Both the position numbers and the translations under genes were made by a program. Of a stretch of DNA of 64,000 bases, positions 29,001-49,000 are shown piece after piece (the first letter of the stretch is position 1; each line of letters opens with the position of its first letter). Under the pieces are notes generated by a model, which worked only from the letters and a program-made list of their open reading frames with translations, was not told the origin of the DNA and did not search any database. The DNA is from Chrysomallon squamiferum (lineage: Eukaryota > Animalia > Mollusca), in NCBI GenBank assembly GCA_012295275.1, contig CM022665.1:27094001-27158000 (forward strand). The letters run 5' to 3'.

Positions 29001-30618
29001 AACAAAGTGGGTATTTTAGTTTCGTAAATTAGAGAAAAAAATATTGGATTTAAAAAAAGTAAGAAAAGAATTTCATTCTTTTTTTTTTTTTTTCTTTTTT
29101 CTTTTTTTTTCTTTGTTTATTTAATTAAATTTACTAATCACCGTACTAGTAATGTTATACGATACCCAACGATTCTATCATCGACTGTTTTCGTTCGTCT
29201 TCGGTTTCATGTGTTGTAAATTCTTTGTCAACAATTCTGTAACGTCATTTAGAACACGTTTGGTGAATTGTCAGCAAAAGCTGGGCATAAAAAAAAAAAA
29301 AAAAAAAATAAAAATAATAATAATAATAATAAAATATATATTTAAAAAATGATAATAAAAAAAATAAAAAAGGTAAATTCTACTTTTTAAAAATAATTTA
29401 CAACTAGAGTGTTTAAAATTAAATAGTACGTACAGCAATAGGAGGGAAAAAAGTCACTTAGCTAATTCCACGCAGATGTTTTTTTTGCTACATTTCTATA
29501 TGTTGTGTAATATTAGCAACGTATAAATCATGTTAATGTCCTCAACAGACTAAACCCTAATCTGCTTATTGCAAATGACTGTATCAAGATTTAGATGTAG
29601 ACTGAAAGATATGTTGTCTTTACTAAATAAAATCTTACTTAGCAAAAAGTCTCATGTATCCAGCTGAGATGCTAGATATATTTCAACTTGTACATTCATC
29701 CGCTTGAATAAAACAAGGATGAGATGCACCGTTCTTACAGTTGTTAGTTCACAGGTAGCGTAGGTTTTATTTCCATAGTTTTATTTCATAATTAAAAGTC
29801 ATGTCGGTATCAACAGATAAATGCATAAAATCATGAGTTGGGTCCACATTTACAATAACAGATTGGTTTTTCTTTTTTTCCATTGGGATTTGTCTATGAG
29901 GTTTTGTCCACTGGAGTTTTGGTCGTTGGGGCTTTCTTCTCGAACAGCTAAACGCCATGAACTAAAATCTAGTCTGAAATTGTTAGTATTTATATGAATG
30001 TGTGTTTGTATTTAGTTCAATAGGTGAGAATATTGTAATAAAATAAATGACTAGATTTCTTATGGGAACTGGTAGACTCTTAACTGGCAGAATAACATGC
30101 GTGTTTGTGCTATGGAGAGCAGCTGGCTATGTCTGTGTAAACTGAATACACCTGTCTCTTTGTATCATCGGGTCCCAAGTCCAGATCAGTGTCGTGAGAT
30201 TCGCCATTAGGATGTTTACTATATGCAGTTGTATTAATGGTGGTACTACTACTACTAAGTTATCAAATGATGATATGATGATGAATTAAAAAATATTGTT
30301 TATGATGGTGATGATGATGATGATATTGATGAAAATAGGTCTCAGGTAAGGTGAATGCTTGATCACTTGCCATGTCTTTACAATAAAATTAATATCATTT
30401 GAAAAGCACATTAAACAAAACAGTGGATCTGCCTCTTATATCATCAGTAACATGGCATATATTAAATTCTTATTTAAGCCTCAGAATCCTTTTCACCAGA
30501 ATGAATAAATAAAATTACGTTTGGATGTTTATCAAACTGATCCTGTGCACGATTTTCTTAAATATCCCCAAAAAAAAAAAAAAAAAATAAATAAACAAGA
30601 AATAAGAAAGAAAAAACG

Positions 30619-30622
<4 letters not shown>

Positions 30623-30699
<77 letters not shown>
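30623..30699. repeat. (CT)n microsatellite
   Basis: Direct observation. Confidence 0.97.
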
Positions 30700-30702
<3 letters not shown>

Positions 30703-30783
30703 GTGCGGGTCTTTTTTTCCCTTCTTCTTAAATTAATCGAAATGATTTTAAAGACCAAAATCTGTCATAGTTTTTGCTCAGAT

Positions 30784-30814
<31 letters not shown>

Positions 30815-32695
30815 TTATTATTATTTGCTTGTTTTTGTTACTGACAGAACTAAAACGTTGGTAAAATTTGAAATGAAATAAAATTATTTTATAATTTTGT
30901 ATTTATTATTTTATTTTAGCTATATACTGTAAACATTAAACTGAAATAAAGACAATGTTTTTATTTTCTGTAACAATTATTAAACGCAATAAAAATTATT
31001 AAAAAAATAAATACATTTAATTGTTGTTTGTTTTTGCCATTTATTGTAAACGAAAATAATTAAATGATATAAAAACGATTTTCAGAACCATACAGAAGAC
31101 CTGTTTGTTTTCATCACGAATGCTATTAACATTATGAATTTTAGAACTAGTTCAGATGGTAAGTTTTTATTATAAATTTTGTTACGGGTTATGTTTTGTA
31201 AATCTATTTTTTTTTTTTTTTTTTTTTATTATTATTATTTTATTAATGTTTTATTGATCATTTGTAAATTTAATGATCTAAAAGATGTCTTTTTTCTTTC
31301 TTTCTTTTTCGTTCTTTTTTTTTTCCCCCTTACTTTCTTTCCAAATTCTTTGGACTTACTTCTACCAGTCAAAATTTAATTCATTCATTGAAACAACTTG
31401 ACTGGTTTCAACCGCTCGTTTTACTTAATATTAAGAACAGAATGCTCAGTCTATGATAGTAAACACTCGATTACTTTTTTATTTTGACTTTTTCTTTTTC
31501 TTTTTTGATTAAGATCTTGCTATATATTTGTGTTGTTCGAAATTAACTAATGTAAGTGACATGTTATGTGAAATTTTTGTTTTTAATAACAAATATTTTT
31601 GGTAACATCCAACATATTTTATTGTGTTCTGTCACCAGCGGTGATCATGATGTGACATGTCAGGTTTCTGAGATTAACATTAAGCATATGAGGTATTTTC
31701 CCATCGCGTGTGAAAAGTAGGTCTCTGTGGGGAACTACCAATTTTCGTATTTTGTAACTCGTTTAATATTCAATCCAAAATTATAAAATAAATACTAAAA
31801 AGATATGTGTCTCCTCTCTCATTTAAAAGTATCCACTTTAAAATCTATCCATAATCCAGTACCCACTAGATAGTTGAAACTACCGATCTACGTGGCAGGC
31901 ACTTTTGCTGTCATTCACATTCAATTCTGATTCGTTTCCGAAAAATATGCCTATTCTTTTCAGTACCTTAATAGCTTTCTTTTTGCCACGTTTTATTAAA
32001 ATGTATGGTTAAAGAAGAAAGGAAGACAAATCCCCATGAAAATCCTTAACAGAAATAGTCAAATGGTTTCACAAAAACAATGCCAATTACTATCTTTCAA
32101 AATTCAAAATCTCTTTACTGGGTGGAGATATTTGTTAACATATATATTTTTTCCTAATATGCCTATTGATACTGATTTTTTTTGTCTGCTAGAGAATTAA
32201 GATACTAATGATTTTAAATCATATAATTTGGCAAATAGACCTGTTTTATTAATAACCATTATACTAATGATCTCAGTTAAGTTGCAACATTCAGTATAAT
32301 ATGTTTTCACATAATTAGCTTCTAATGTTGATGAGAAAAATTTAAATAAAAAAAAATAAAAATAATAAAATAAAATAAATATAATTATTAAATTTAACTT
32401 GACTGGCAAATAGAAATGAAATAGTGTTGTCAAAATAGAGAAAAATCTGTGTAGTAGCATTTATTAATTTAATTGCAATAATATTTAATTTATTTCCTCA
32501 ACATTTTTATTAAAATATAAATGATAATTATAATAAATCTGGAATAGATTTAAATTTAAAAATAATATATCAGTTTTCAAAAATAAATGTAATTTACAGT
32601 AATTATAAATAACCTAAGTTACCCTTGATTTCAAAAACATATATTCTTATGAATGACTGTTAAATGTAAATATGATTTTTTAATATTTTTTTCAG

Positions 32696-33796
32696 ATGGG
32701 TGAGGTCCATGTTATTGGTCAGATTGTTGGAGCAAGTGGCTTTCCTGATAACAGTTTATTTTGCAAATGGGGAATTCACACAGGTAAATCCAAATAGATG
32801 AATTCATTTATTACCATATTCACGGTTTTTCTTAAGATACTAAACCTTGATTATATCTACTGAAAAGCTTTTGCTAAATTAATTCTACTGACTCTTGCAA
32901 TTGTTGTATTAGTAATATTTCTATATCACTAAATTTATCCAGATTAATAGATGATTTACAGTTTATTAAAATCAAATTTAACCAGGATATTTTTGTCATG
33001 TGTTCAGGTGTGAACGTTCTCTCCATGTTTATTGTGTAGTTTTTTAAACTGGTATCATTATGTAACTTTGTTTTAACAGAGGGTGCTTGGAAAGTTCTGG
33101 CAGGTTTAAGAGAGGGTCAAACTCAAGTTGATAATCCCCAGAACAGAAAAGAAGCTTACTGGTGCCATCCTATTGATGTTCATTTCACAACAAAGGGAAT
33201 TCAGGGTATTTTATTTTATTTTTGATGAATTTGATCATTATTATTTGAGATAATTAGGGTATCAGCATTATATATTCTATACATAAATTGCTTATTATCC
33301 TTTTATAAATAAAAATATATAAAAAAAAGAACTGAAATCAGAATAAACTAATTTTTACAAAACATATTTTTGTTTGATATGTGGACATTTTCAACATACG
33401 TTTTTTTTTTTTTTAAATATTATAAATTTGCAGTTTTTATCTTAAAACAGTTTAAGTGGATATGTAAATGAAATTGTTTTAGGTTGGCCAAAAATGCATT
33501 TTCAAGTGTACCACCAAGACAGGTTTGGCAGGAATGAGCTTTATGGATATGGTTTTTGTCATATTCCCACCTCTCCAGGAGTTCATAAAATAGACTGTCC
33601 AACATGGCAGCCATCTGGCACATTTTTTGAAAGTGTTTCACAACAGTTTCTGGGTGGTGCTGCTGAGCTCAGAAATCCCGATGTCATTTATAGTGGTTCT
33701 CAGCGGTACAGACTAAATACAGTTGCCACTGGCAGAGTCCATCTTCAGTTAGGAATTATTCTAAGGAATTTTGACAAATATGGAATTGAATGCTAA
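32696..33796 (+). CDS. B9D2: B9 domain-containing protein 2 (ciliary transition-zone MKS module)
   Basis: Exons 32696-32783 ([29 protein letters not shown]), 33080-33205 ([32 protein letters not shown]), 33483-33796 ([28 protein letters not shown]). The ATG directly follows an acceptor, so an upstream non-coding exon is implied. Confidence 0.96.
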
Positions 33797-35358
33797 GATC
33801 ATCATATCACACCAGCCTTCCGTCCAATAGGTGATTAAATTTATGAAGACCTCATTGTAACTGCAGCAAAAATAACATGTTCTCATCTGAATATTTTAAT
33901 TTATTTATTTTCAAAAATCAAAATTAATGAAATGGCAAAAAAATAAAAAAATGTTATTTATAAGCAAACTGGGTGGAATATAAAACATTTTTGGTTTTAA
34001 AAAAAAAAAAAAAATTATTTATGATTGTTGAAATTAGAAATGGGGAAAACAATAAAATATCTAATAACGTTTATTTATGTATACACACACACACATCATT
34101 TCATTTCAAATCATGATCTTTTGTAATGCATGTTCACATTATCTGACTAAAAAACTTTATCAGAATTTTAAAAAGGCTTTGTTTTGCTATTTTAAATCAT
34201 GATCATTTGATATGCAGACCATATGTTAGCATTATCTGCATTAATCAGGGAAAAAAATAAAAAACAAAAATAAAAAAATCCCAATAACCCATTAAATAAA
34301 AAATAAGCAATGTAGTTCTCAATATTATGAAAATATAACTATTGTTTCAGTTGGTTTTATGTTGGCCAAAACATCTTGGTCAAATAGTAAAATACAAAGT
34401 GATACTGTATTTTCCTATGGAAAATACAAATAAGTGACATATAATAAACATATCATTTTTTTTAAAATTATTTATTTATTTATTTTTTAAATTTATATTG
34501 GAAAAATAACATTTTCCAAAGCTATTTGAAAGTTAACAAATTTCAATCTCTTTTGAGAGAGAAAAAAAAAAGGTAAAAATTATTGTCTTTAGCTGTGAGC
34601 ACATTTAGGTATTATAAGCATGTAGATTTATGTATTTAGTTTATTATGTTCTTGTAAGTTGTATGTATGTATGTATTTCACATGTAAATATTTTTATTAA
34701 AATTTATTTTATAATTAAACATGCTTTTGTTTTACCTGTACTACTCAGCTCTGGTATATATAATTAACTTATAAAGTGTACCTTTTAAAAGAATATTTCA
34801 TAGATTGTTTTCTGAAAATATTGCCTAGCAGACATTTTCAGCCAATTCCAGAGAAACATTCACAAAAACAAATCAATTTTGATCTCTATCTGCACTAAAA
34901 ATAAATTAAACTGTTAATAAATATGCTTGAAACTTTTTACTGACTTGAATAAAAATAGATTAAAAGCAAATGGCAACATGTTTTGAATACTATAAAATAA
35001 CACTGAAAATATAAAGTATTTTCATGTTATCACATTCTCTTTATTTTTATCAACATACTGAATATATATGTATTCTTGTAGGAAGTTTGATTTATCTGAT
35101 TAAAATCAACAAAACAAACAATCATTCGTTTACTGGCATATAGTCCAGGGATTGTTTCATAGCAACACCAAACACATTTTAACATACAAAACAATGTTAA
35201 TACTGATATGAAAGAAAATCTGCTTTTGCTGTGCTGTTGACTATCCTCAAAAAAATGGTATGGATATTGCATGAAGCTTTGCTGTTATCAGACATAGACA
35301 GGCAAATACTTTGACATAGACAATCTTGAATAAATTCATTTTGCTTTTAAAGATTTTT

Positions 35359-42389
<7,031 letters not shown>

Positions 42390-43013
42390 TTTGTTTACCA
42401 CCACGTATCATTTAACTAAGTGATACATGCGACAACAATTTTAATGATGTAATTCGCGGCAAAGGCTTGGCCTTTGACGTTGATAATCGATGAAGATTGT
42501 TGAACGTGAAAATAAAAGCATGACTACTGTGATATTTTTATTGTAATATTTACTTATTATAAGTCTTGTCATATGTTTCATTTTAACTAAAGGCTCCCTT
42601 CCTTTGCGAAAATAAGCCATTTCACTCTTATTTTATACCCTGCACGGAATCACGTACACAGAATCGGTAGTATACAAAAGGGAAATCCTCTATCAACAAC
42701 CTCGTTTTCAAATAGAGTACCTGACTGCCACATAAACATCCGTTCTTTGTATTCCTACGCTTATTAACATAAGTTTGGATATTATTGTTAATATACAAAA
42801 TTATTAAGGTATTAATGAAATAAATATTTAAATAAATATAGTTTAAGCTATCAGTAAATATTTGGATCAAATTCATACATTTTCTGTTAATAAAATTGTT
42901 TGTCGCAAACGTACTTCCGTTAGAGGTTGTTAGGCTTTCCGAACGTGGAAATAACGAGCAGAAATCGCCGAATCTGACAGATGGTGTGAATTCATCTTAC
43001 TACAACAATCAAA
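42390..43013. promoter_or_regulatory. Bidirectional promoter region NDUFAF7/ERO1
   Basis: Divergent ATGs ~625 bp apart; local CpG enrichment; ETS-like acttccg at 42913; several ACGTG cores. Confidence 0.75.
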
Positions 43014-46000
43014 ATGATGCAGATTCCCTGGCAGTGGATGTTATTAACAATAACGATAGCAACTCAAGTCGTATTTATTGGTGGGGACAATGTAAGCAGC
43101 CAGAGCAGAGATGAAAACAAAGGATGTTTTTGTAAGGTAAGGATTTTGAGGTGGACCTTGTGGTAACTTACCAATATCATCACGGACGTTTTTGTCTGTG
43201 ATGTTTTGGCGTTTTGGCTAGACATTCAAGGGAGAAATGACTTTATTATTATTATTTTTTGTTTTCAAAATGTTCATTAAATGTTTAAAATAGTTAAGTG
43301 AGGCGTTTTTTCATAGAATAATTAAAATAGTGCAGCGAATTGTGTTTGAATTTTCCTGTGTTAACTGAAATCGCAATTCATGTATCTTAACCCTTGCTTA
43401 ACTGCTATTTAAAAAATAACATCCAGCGTAAAACCCAGACAAAATATGAAATCATGCATCGTGTGTTAGAGGAAGTAAGGTGATCCTTCAGGGGCAATAG
43501 TTGATTTTGAGAGAGGTATAGAACGTGCTCTCCAGTCTGTATTCTGTGATTATATGAACATTCAGAACTGTTTCAACAATCTGTCCCAGTCCATATGGCA
43601 AACTTGTGATAAATTTCATATATGGGTCTTATTGATATGTAATAATGTATGGACTGATGATGTCCAACATTCCAAACCAAATTTTTTGTTTAATGATTAT
43701 ATAACTACAAGACAGGTTAAATTGCTATTCAGTGATAGTAATATTAACACTACTAAATATATGCATGAAGCAGGTTTGGGTTGTTGGATGGAAAAAAATA
43801 TATCCAAACAAATGCATTGAAATTGACTGATTTTTAAAACCCCCACAACAAAACAGTTATAATTTTATATTGGTCTCACTTAAAAAATACCACTAATCTG
43901 TTGTATTTACATTTAAGTTGTGTTTGTCAACGTTTTGGATGACAATTTTACCTGTTTAAGGATTACTGAGATGGAATTGTATTTACAATTTTTTTATTTT
44001 TTTATTTGCTCATTGTGTTTTATACAGAAATTTGTACCATATTTTGCCAAATACACTGAAGTGATAATTACCAAACCTAGTCTTAAGATCTTTAGTAGAT
44101 GTGGGCAGCATCCTAATATAAAAAAGAGTAAAAAGAGAAAAAAATAGGGGAAGACCGAAGCCAACAAGGATAAAGCAAAATCGGATGAAAACTGGGTGAT
44201 TCTGGGGGTGGAGTTTTTGTTTGTGTAGTTAAAATAAATATTAAATCAGTTTTAGCTGTTGGATAAGTAAGTTATTAAACTTTAAGGTAGCAAAGAATAT
44301 ATTTTTGTAAGACTAAAACTGGTCTTCTAAATTTATATTAGAAGATATCACATGTATCCAGTGACAGTTCTTTGAAAATAAAACATTTGTCACAATGAGA
44401 GTATTTTGTGATATACCATAATTTGTTTTAATGATCAAAAATTAAATTCAGTGTATATTCATATTGTTTGCTCACTATTTGTTTTAACAAAAAAACACCC
44501 CCCCAACATTTTTTTTTATGGGAATAATTTTTTTTAATTTTTTAATTTACATCAGAAAACTCTGTTACGTGTATGCAGTATACATTTAAAAAATTTATGA
44601 TAATGATAATAATAATAATAGAAAAAAACAAAAATTAAAATAAAACAAACTTAAAAATATGTTTTAATTTTTTTCTTCCAGTTAAAAGGTGAAATTGATG
44701 ATTGTTCATGTAAAGTTGAAACACTGGATTCACTCAACAACTACAAAATATTTCCCCGTTTAGACAGTCTACTATCAAGAAATTATTTTAGATATTTCAG
44801 AGTAAGTATTGCATGTATTTATATATAGACAGATAGATAGATATAGATACAGATATACATACACATACAGGGTATGCACTTTTTTTTTTTTTTGTTTTTT
44901 TTTTGACTTGCCAATAGGGCCACTCACAGTGACACTTTGACTTGCCTGTTCAACTTTCTAATGGCCTGTGATTGAATTTCATTACTTTTTAAACTTAAAT
45001 TGAACATAAAAACATGCTATCATATCATAAAAACCTTAATACAGCACAAAAGAACGAAACAGATTAATTTTAATAAAAACTGTTGTAATTAAACTATTAA
45101 TATTTTTTAAGGGACCCACCAGACCAAACATTTGCAATGTTTTACCAAGACTACAGGTCATCTGTCAACAGTTCAGTTAACTTGAACATCCCACAAAACT
45201 GACACATGCAGTGATATCTTTTGTTGACACCATTTGCAGTTTGGTATAGCAGATTTGGTACATTCCACAAGAAACAAAAATGTTTCAACATAATGTAATT
45301 TCAGAAAACCTTAGGGGCCTAAGACAGACATGGCTGAGGTATTGAACTTATGAATATGTTTATGTGACTGAGGTTTTCCAAATACTTTCAGACTATTAGA
45401 TAGACTGGGGAAGTGGTTACTGTTTTGTTTTATATGGGTCTAGTTGCACAGATACTATTACGAACCAAAAGAATACAATAAATTAAAAAAATAAGTTTTC
45501 ACTCTCTTACAAACATTAGTTATTTGCATTTTGATACATAATGCAATATGTGGAAAGTTTTGGTTGCCAGGCAGTGACATATGATACGGTTGTGACTATT
45601 TTGACTTGCTATGGGTGATTGGCCAACCACAAAGTGCACACTCTGTGTGTGTATGTCCATATTAATTTCAGGATACTAGACTCTTCTAATGTCATTTAAG
45701 TCTAAATAATGATATTGAAAAATTTGCAGTTAAATATCTATCTTTAATGTAAAGGTCATGTAAATAATAAATTAATAATGACTAAATTAGATTGCTCTTA
45801 AAAATGACAAGGATTTAATAAAAAAATAAAAAAAAGGTAATAAATTCTATTGTAAATATTAATGTATCTGATAGTTTTGTTTACAATTTGCTGTTATAAT
45901 GTTTATACATGTATATTTGTTTAATATATAATTCAGTTACACACAAACTTTAATTTTTTTCTCATTGGGTATTTGAAGGTAAATTTGAAAAAGGTTTGTC

Positions 46001-49000
46001 CATTTTGGAGTGATGACAGTCGGTGTGCACTGAGAGACTGCCATGTTTCCAACTGCCCTGAGGTTTGTAAAACTATACATAAAATTAAAATTAATTGCTT
46101 TTTGTTTTGTTGTTTCATTTTTAAATCAATTTTGACAAAAAGCAACATTGGTTTTACCTAAAACCTGTGCATGCGGCTGTAAATTATCATTAGATTAAAA
46201 ACATTTATTAATTTTGTTTTAATGATGCAAATGTAGGAATTTTTCAGGTGAATGATGATTTTCTTTTTATTATGATTTTTTGTTTTTCCAACAAAATTAT
46301 TGGATGTAATTGTTATTAACTGAAGTGATTTTGTATTGTTTATTTTAGGATTCTGTTCCTCCTGCATTAGTACATAATGAAAAGAATAAGGTATGTATAA
46401 TTTTGCATTATAAACCTTTTGAAGATACTGAACAAAAATAATTTCAGTGTGTCAAACATACTTATTTAAAGCCAAATTTTCATTGTCTAGTGTATCATTA
46501 CATTGTAACTGTTGTCATTGTTTTTTTCAGTATGCAAAGAAATTCAATGAAAAAGATTCTTGTGAAGAAGAGAGAGAACTAGGGGCACTAGATAGAACTA
46601 TAAGGTAGGTTATTTTAATTATTATTAAATAATACTTTATTAACAACTGAATCAGCATAATGGAGATGGATCTGTAAAATAACTTGTTTTTATTTTGTGA
46701 CATAAAAAAGAACAATTATTGATGTTGGGGAAATCACTTATGTTGCATGCATATTCATAATTTGTACAAATTTATTTATGCAAATCTCAGTTCTAACATT
46801 TGTTCTATCTACTATTCCTCAAACTTTATAGATGTTTATGATAAAAAAAAAATTCCAGAATTTTTGTTTGTTTGTCAGCAAAATATTATTTAAAAAATAT
46901 TTTGTGATGAATTAAAGGTTAATTTATTCATATAATATGTCATAATAAAATCTGATATACAGATTTATCTTAATAAAAACCTTTTAATATTTTAATAAAT
47001 TATGCCAGCAGCTGCTATTAATACATGTCAAATTTCATAATCTATCCCTTTTTTTAAAATTTTGCTTTTATTATATTTATTATACATAAATAAGTCATAC
47101 TAGAATATGAATATATTTAAGTTAATATTTTATAGAAAAGTATTTGTTATTCATGTCAGATATTTATTTTTATGAATTTTCATTACCTTGTTACTAAAAA
47201 AAATCAGCAAAATGACATTTTGTTTTTATTTGAAACAAAACAGTGCAGAAAGCAAAGAAGCATTTAAAAACTGGACAAAATACGATGAATCTCAAGATCT
47301 GTTTTGTGATTTGGATGGTAAGTTAAAAAAATATTAAAAAAATATATTTATTATTGTTATTATTTAAATCTTAAATTACATATGGTTAAAAAGGTAGTTT
47401 CAAACCCAGTGTGTGCTATATAAAAACTAACAAATTCCCATTTTTTTAACTGAACTGTGTTTTAAAGTATCCATTTATACTGAAATACATAATTCAGCAC
47501 TGAGAAATTAATGCATTCATTCACAAGTGTAACTTACAGAGAAAGAATATTGGATGTTATTAATATACAAAGGACTGCATTAATTAACATTGTTGATGTA
47601 CAACAGTTAGCATTAATTAGCATTGTTGATACATCTAAATGATTCATATTCCTGTAAATCACTAAATTAGTCATCTCTTATTAGTTTCCTTTTATTGAAG
47701 CAAACAAATTTTACATATTAATATCTCATTATCACAGCATGATAATACAGAAAATACATTTACATTTAATTAAATTTCATATCGGGGAAATGCACAGAAA
47801 AACGGTACATTTTTGTGGCAGTACAGTTTGGTTGAAGTAATTTTATTTTGCTGAATTTAATTAATATAAAGCAAAATATGCACCTGCTATTTTCTTTTCT
47901 GCATTAATATCTCGCTTGCATTAATTTAGTGATTTAAAATATTTATGTATTAAGTCCTTGACTAGCTGTGCCTTTATATAGCAAGAGGTTCTTCTTATTA
48001 ATGTTTTGTAAGTTATTTAGGGTGTGTGCATGCATGTATGGGAATGGTTAATTTATTGTTATGTTCTGTTAATATATTGAAATACATTATTTTAATAATG
48101 CAGATGAATCATCAGCTGACTTGTCCTACGTGGATCTGCTGCTCAATCCAGAACGGTACACAGGTTACAAGGGAGCATCCACACAACGAATTTGGAGAAC
48201 CATCTATGAAGAAAATTGTTTCAAGTGAGAATGAAAGCTTTCTTTTATTTATTTTTTTTTAATTATATTTTAAAAACAATTTAAAAAAACAAATTACATA
48301 AAAATTAGCATATCAGATTTATGGTGTTAGCATGTTGATGATATTATTCACATATGCTATTCCTTTATAATTCTTCATAATTCTCTTAATTCTCATATAT
48401 CACTTCAAGCTGATAATTATTTTTTACTGCATTTTCATGTTGAGGGAGATGCAGTATAGAAGCAGTCAGTGTGTATTAAAGATAAAACAATCTTTTTCAA
48501 GTTTATTTAATTTATATTTAGGAATTAAGCTTTTAGAATATATTAACAGAACATAACAATAAATTAACCATTCCCATACATGCATGCACACACCCTAAAT
48601 AACTTACAAAACATTAATAAGAATCCCATGTTTGATAATATTGCTTGAATGATTCTTTACAGACCACAACCAGTGTATGGATATGGGCCAAAGTCCTTTC
48701 CGTCTCGTAAGTTCTTACATTTTTATCAAAGTTTAAATTTGTTTATGAGATATGTAAAATGCCATAATATATTGGATTATTTTCCCTGTAAATATTTTAA
48801 ATTGTTATGCCATATTTCTGTGCCTGTAGTTTGCTTTGGGTCTTCTGATTCAGAAAGATGTAATGTACAGCTTTGATAAATAAATAAATAAATAAAATCA
48901 TCAGTTTAAGCAAAAACCGACAGTAAACTGATTATTCAGAAAACATACCTTTTTCTGCAGTTAAGGTGTTTGTAGTTTTTCTAATATTTTATTTCTTAGT

